Source of the DNA: Trichinella spiralis
Taxonomy: Eukaryota
DNA length: 43,811 nucleotides
Reading direction: 5' to 3'
NCBI RefSeq assembly: GCF_000181795.1
Contig: NW_003526945.1
Coordinates: forward strand, 5,431,306-5,475,116
Both the position numbers and the translations under genes were made by a program. The notes under the pieces are model-generated. The model was not told the DNA's origin and ran no database searches. It was given only the letters and a program-made list of their open reading frames with translations. Below, in pieces: positions 42,871-43,811 of this stretch. Position 1 is the first letter of the stretch, and every line of letters begins with the position of its first letter.

Positions 42871-43227
42871 TTCGTATTGGTTTTCCTTGTCTGATTGCTC
42901 ATTGATTCAAATCTTTCCCTTGTGATTAGCTGTAATATTTTTTCATTTCATTGGTTCAAACATTCCATTTAGGATTACGTAACTTTAATAATAGTGACGT
43001 AACATAAAAAATGAAAATGTTTATTATTCCAAAATTTTATTGTCTGCTTGAAGTTTCGTCATTCGTTGAAATTTTGTTTATTTAAATATATTATTTGTTG
43101 TGTAGCCTATACTTTTTCATTATCAGTATTTTTGAAAATAATTTTTATTATTATTCTATATTTTATTGTATCACAGTGACGTTATATCAAATGCGATAGT
43201 AACAATTCAGAAAAAACAATACAAAAA

Positions 43228-43237
43228 NNNNNNNNNN
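43228..43237. other. Assembly gap (10 N)
   Basis: Run of N. Sequence to the right is not guaranteed to be contiguous. Confidence 1.
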
Positions 43238-43811
43238 TGATGATTTTTGTGACAAATCTTTCACAATCTCGGGGTCAGCCCAAACAAAATTGGTGAACCT
43301 GGATTAAACAGATATAAATTTTCCAGCGGCAGCCCACAAATGCATTTCTTTTCCACGGCTTCCCCTATTTTGGACCTATTTTTTCCAAAAACTCTGCCCA
43401 CATTATCATACGCAAACTTTTGTGCCCCCACATCGCAATGGCTGCCACTATGACGCGTTTTCTTCATCCAGCTTGCCTGTCTGTTTTCTATATAAATCCT
43501 ACACTGACACTAAAATCCCCTTTTCCAACTTCCCCTTCTCGAATCTCCATTTCAGCTACCAACTCCGTCACTGACCCACCGCCCCTACTTTCTCCTCCCT
43601 CAGCCTCAGTCAGTCGATTTTTTATGAAATTGATGCAGGAAAATGTTGCTCTTAACTGCTTTCTTCGATTTCCTGATTCTTATGCAACCGGCTCTCATAA
43701 GAATCTGAGTGTGCTGGAAATTGCACTATCAGTAGTATTAACTATTGTTGAGGATGCCGCAAGATAGAATGTCTTGTCTTGTGAAATCTATGCGTCGAAT
43801 TATCCATTTAC

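Overview
AT-rich eukaryotic genomic DNA with spliceosomal introns, many only 55-90 nt long, abundant microsatellites and one 10-N scaffold gap. Composition, intron style and gene content suggest a nematode, probably a clade I Trichinella-like worm (inference). I assembled seven protein-coding genes by hand, six of them spliced with phase-consistent junctions: (1) a secreted precursor with a C-terminal 10-Cys prokineticin/colipase/Dickkopf-type domain (-, 14298-19129); (2) an orphan single-pass membrane protein with an acidic tract (+, 23235-24771); (3) an MNK-family kinase (-, 25852-30657); (4) a REXO5-like DEDDh RNA exonuclease (+, 31823-34123); (5) an intronless sepiapterin-reductase-like SDR with all three catalytic residues substituted (+, 35579-36394); (6) a Rab5-group small GTPase (-, 37963-38868); (7) a small Shisa-like 6-Cys membrane protein largely missed by the ORF track (+, 40781-41927). 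The first ~14 kb has no recognisable gene but holds GC-richer islands with clustered transcription-factor-like motifs and orphan splice sites. A decayed Mutator-like transposon relic probably lies near 42.3-42.9 kb. The best novelty candidates are the pseudo-enzymatic SPR and the prokineticin/Dkk-like precursor. All family assignments come from motif recognition; no database search was run.
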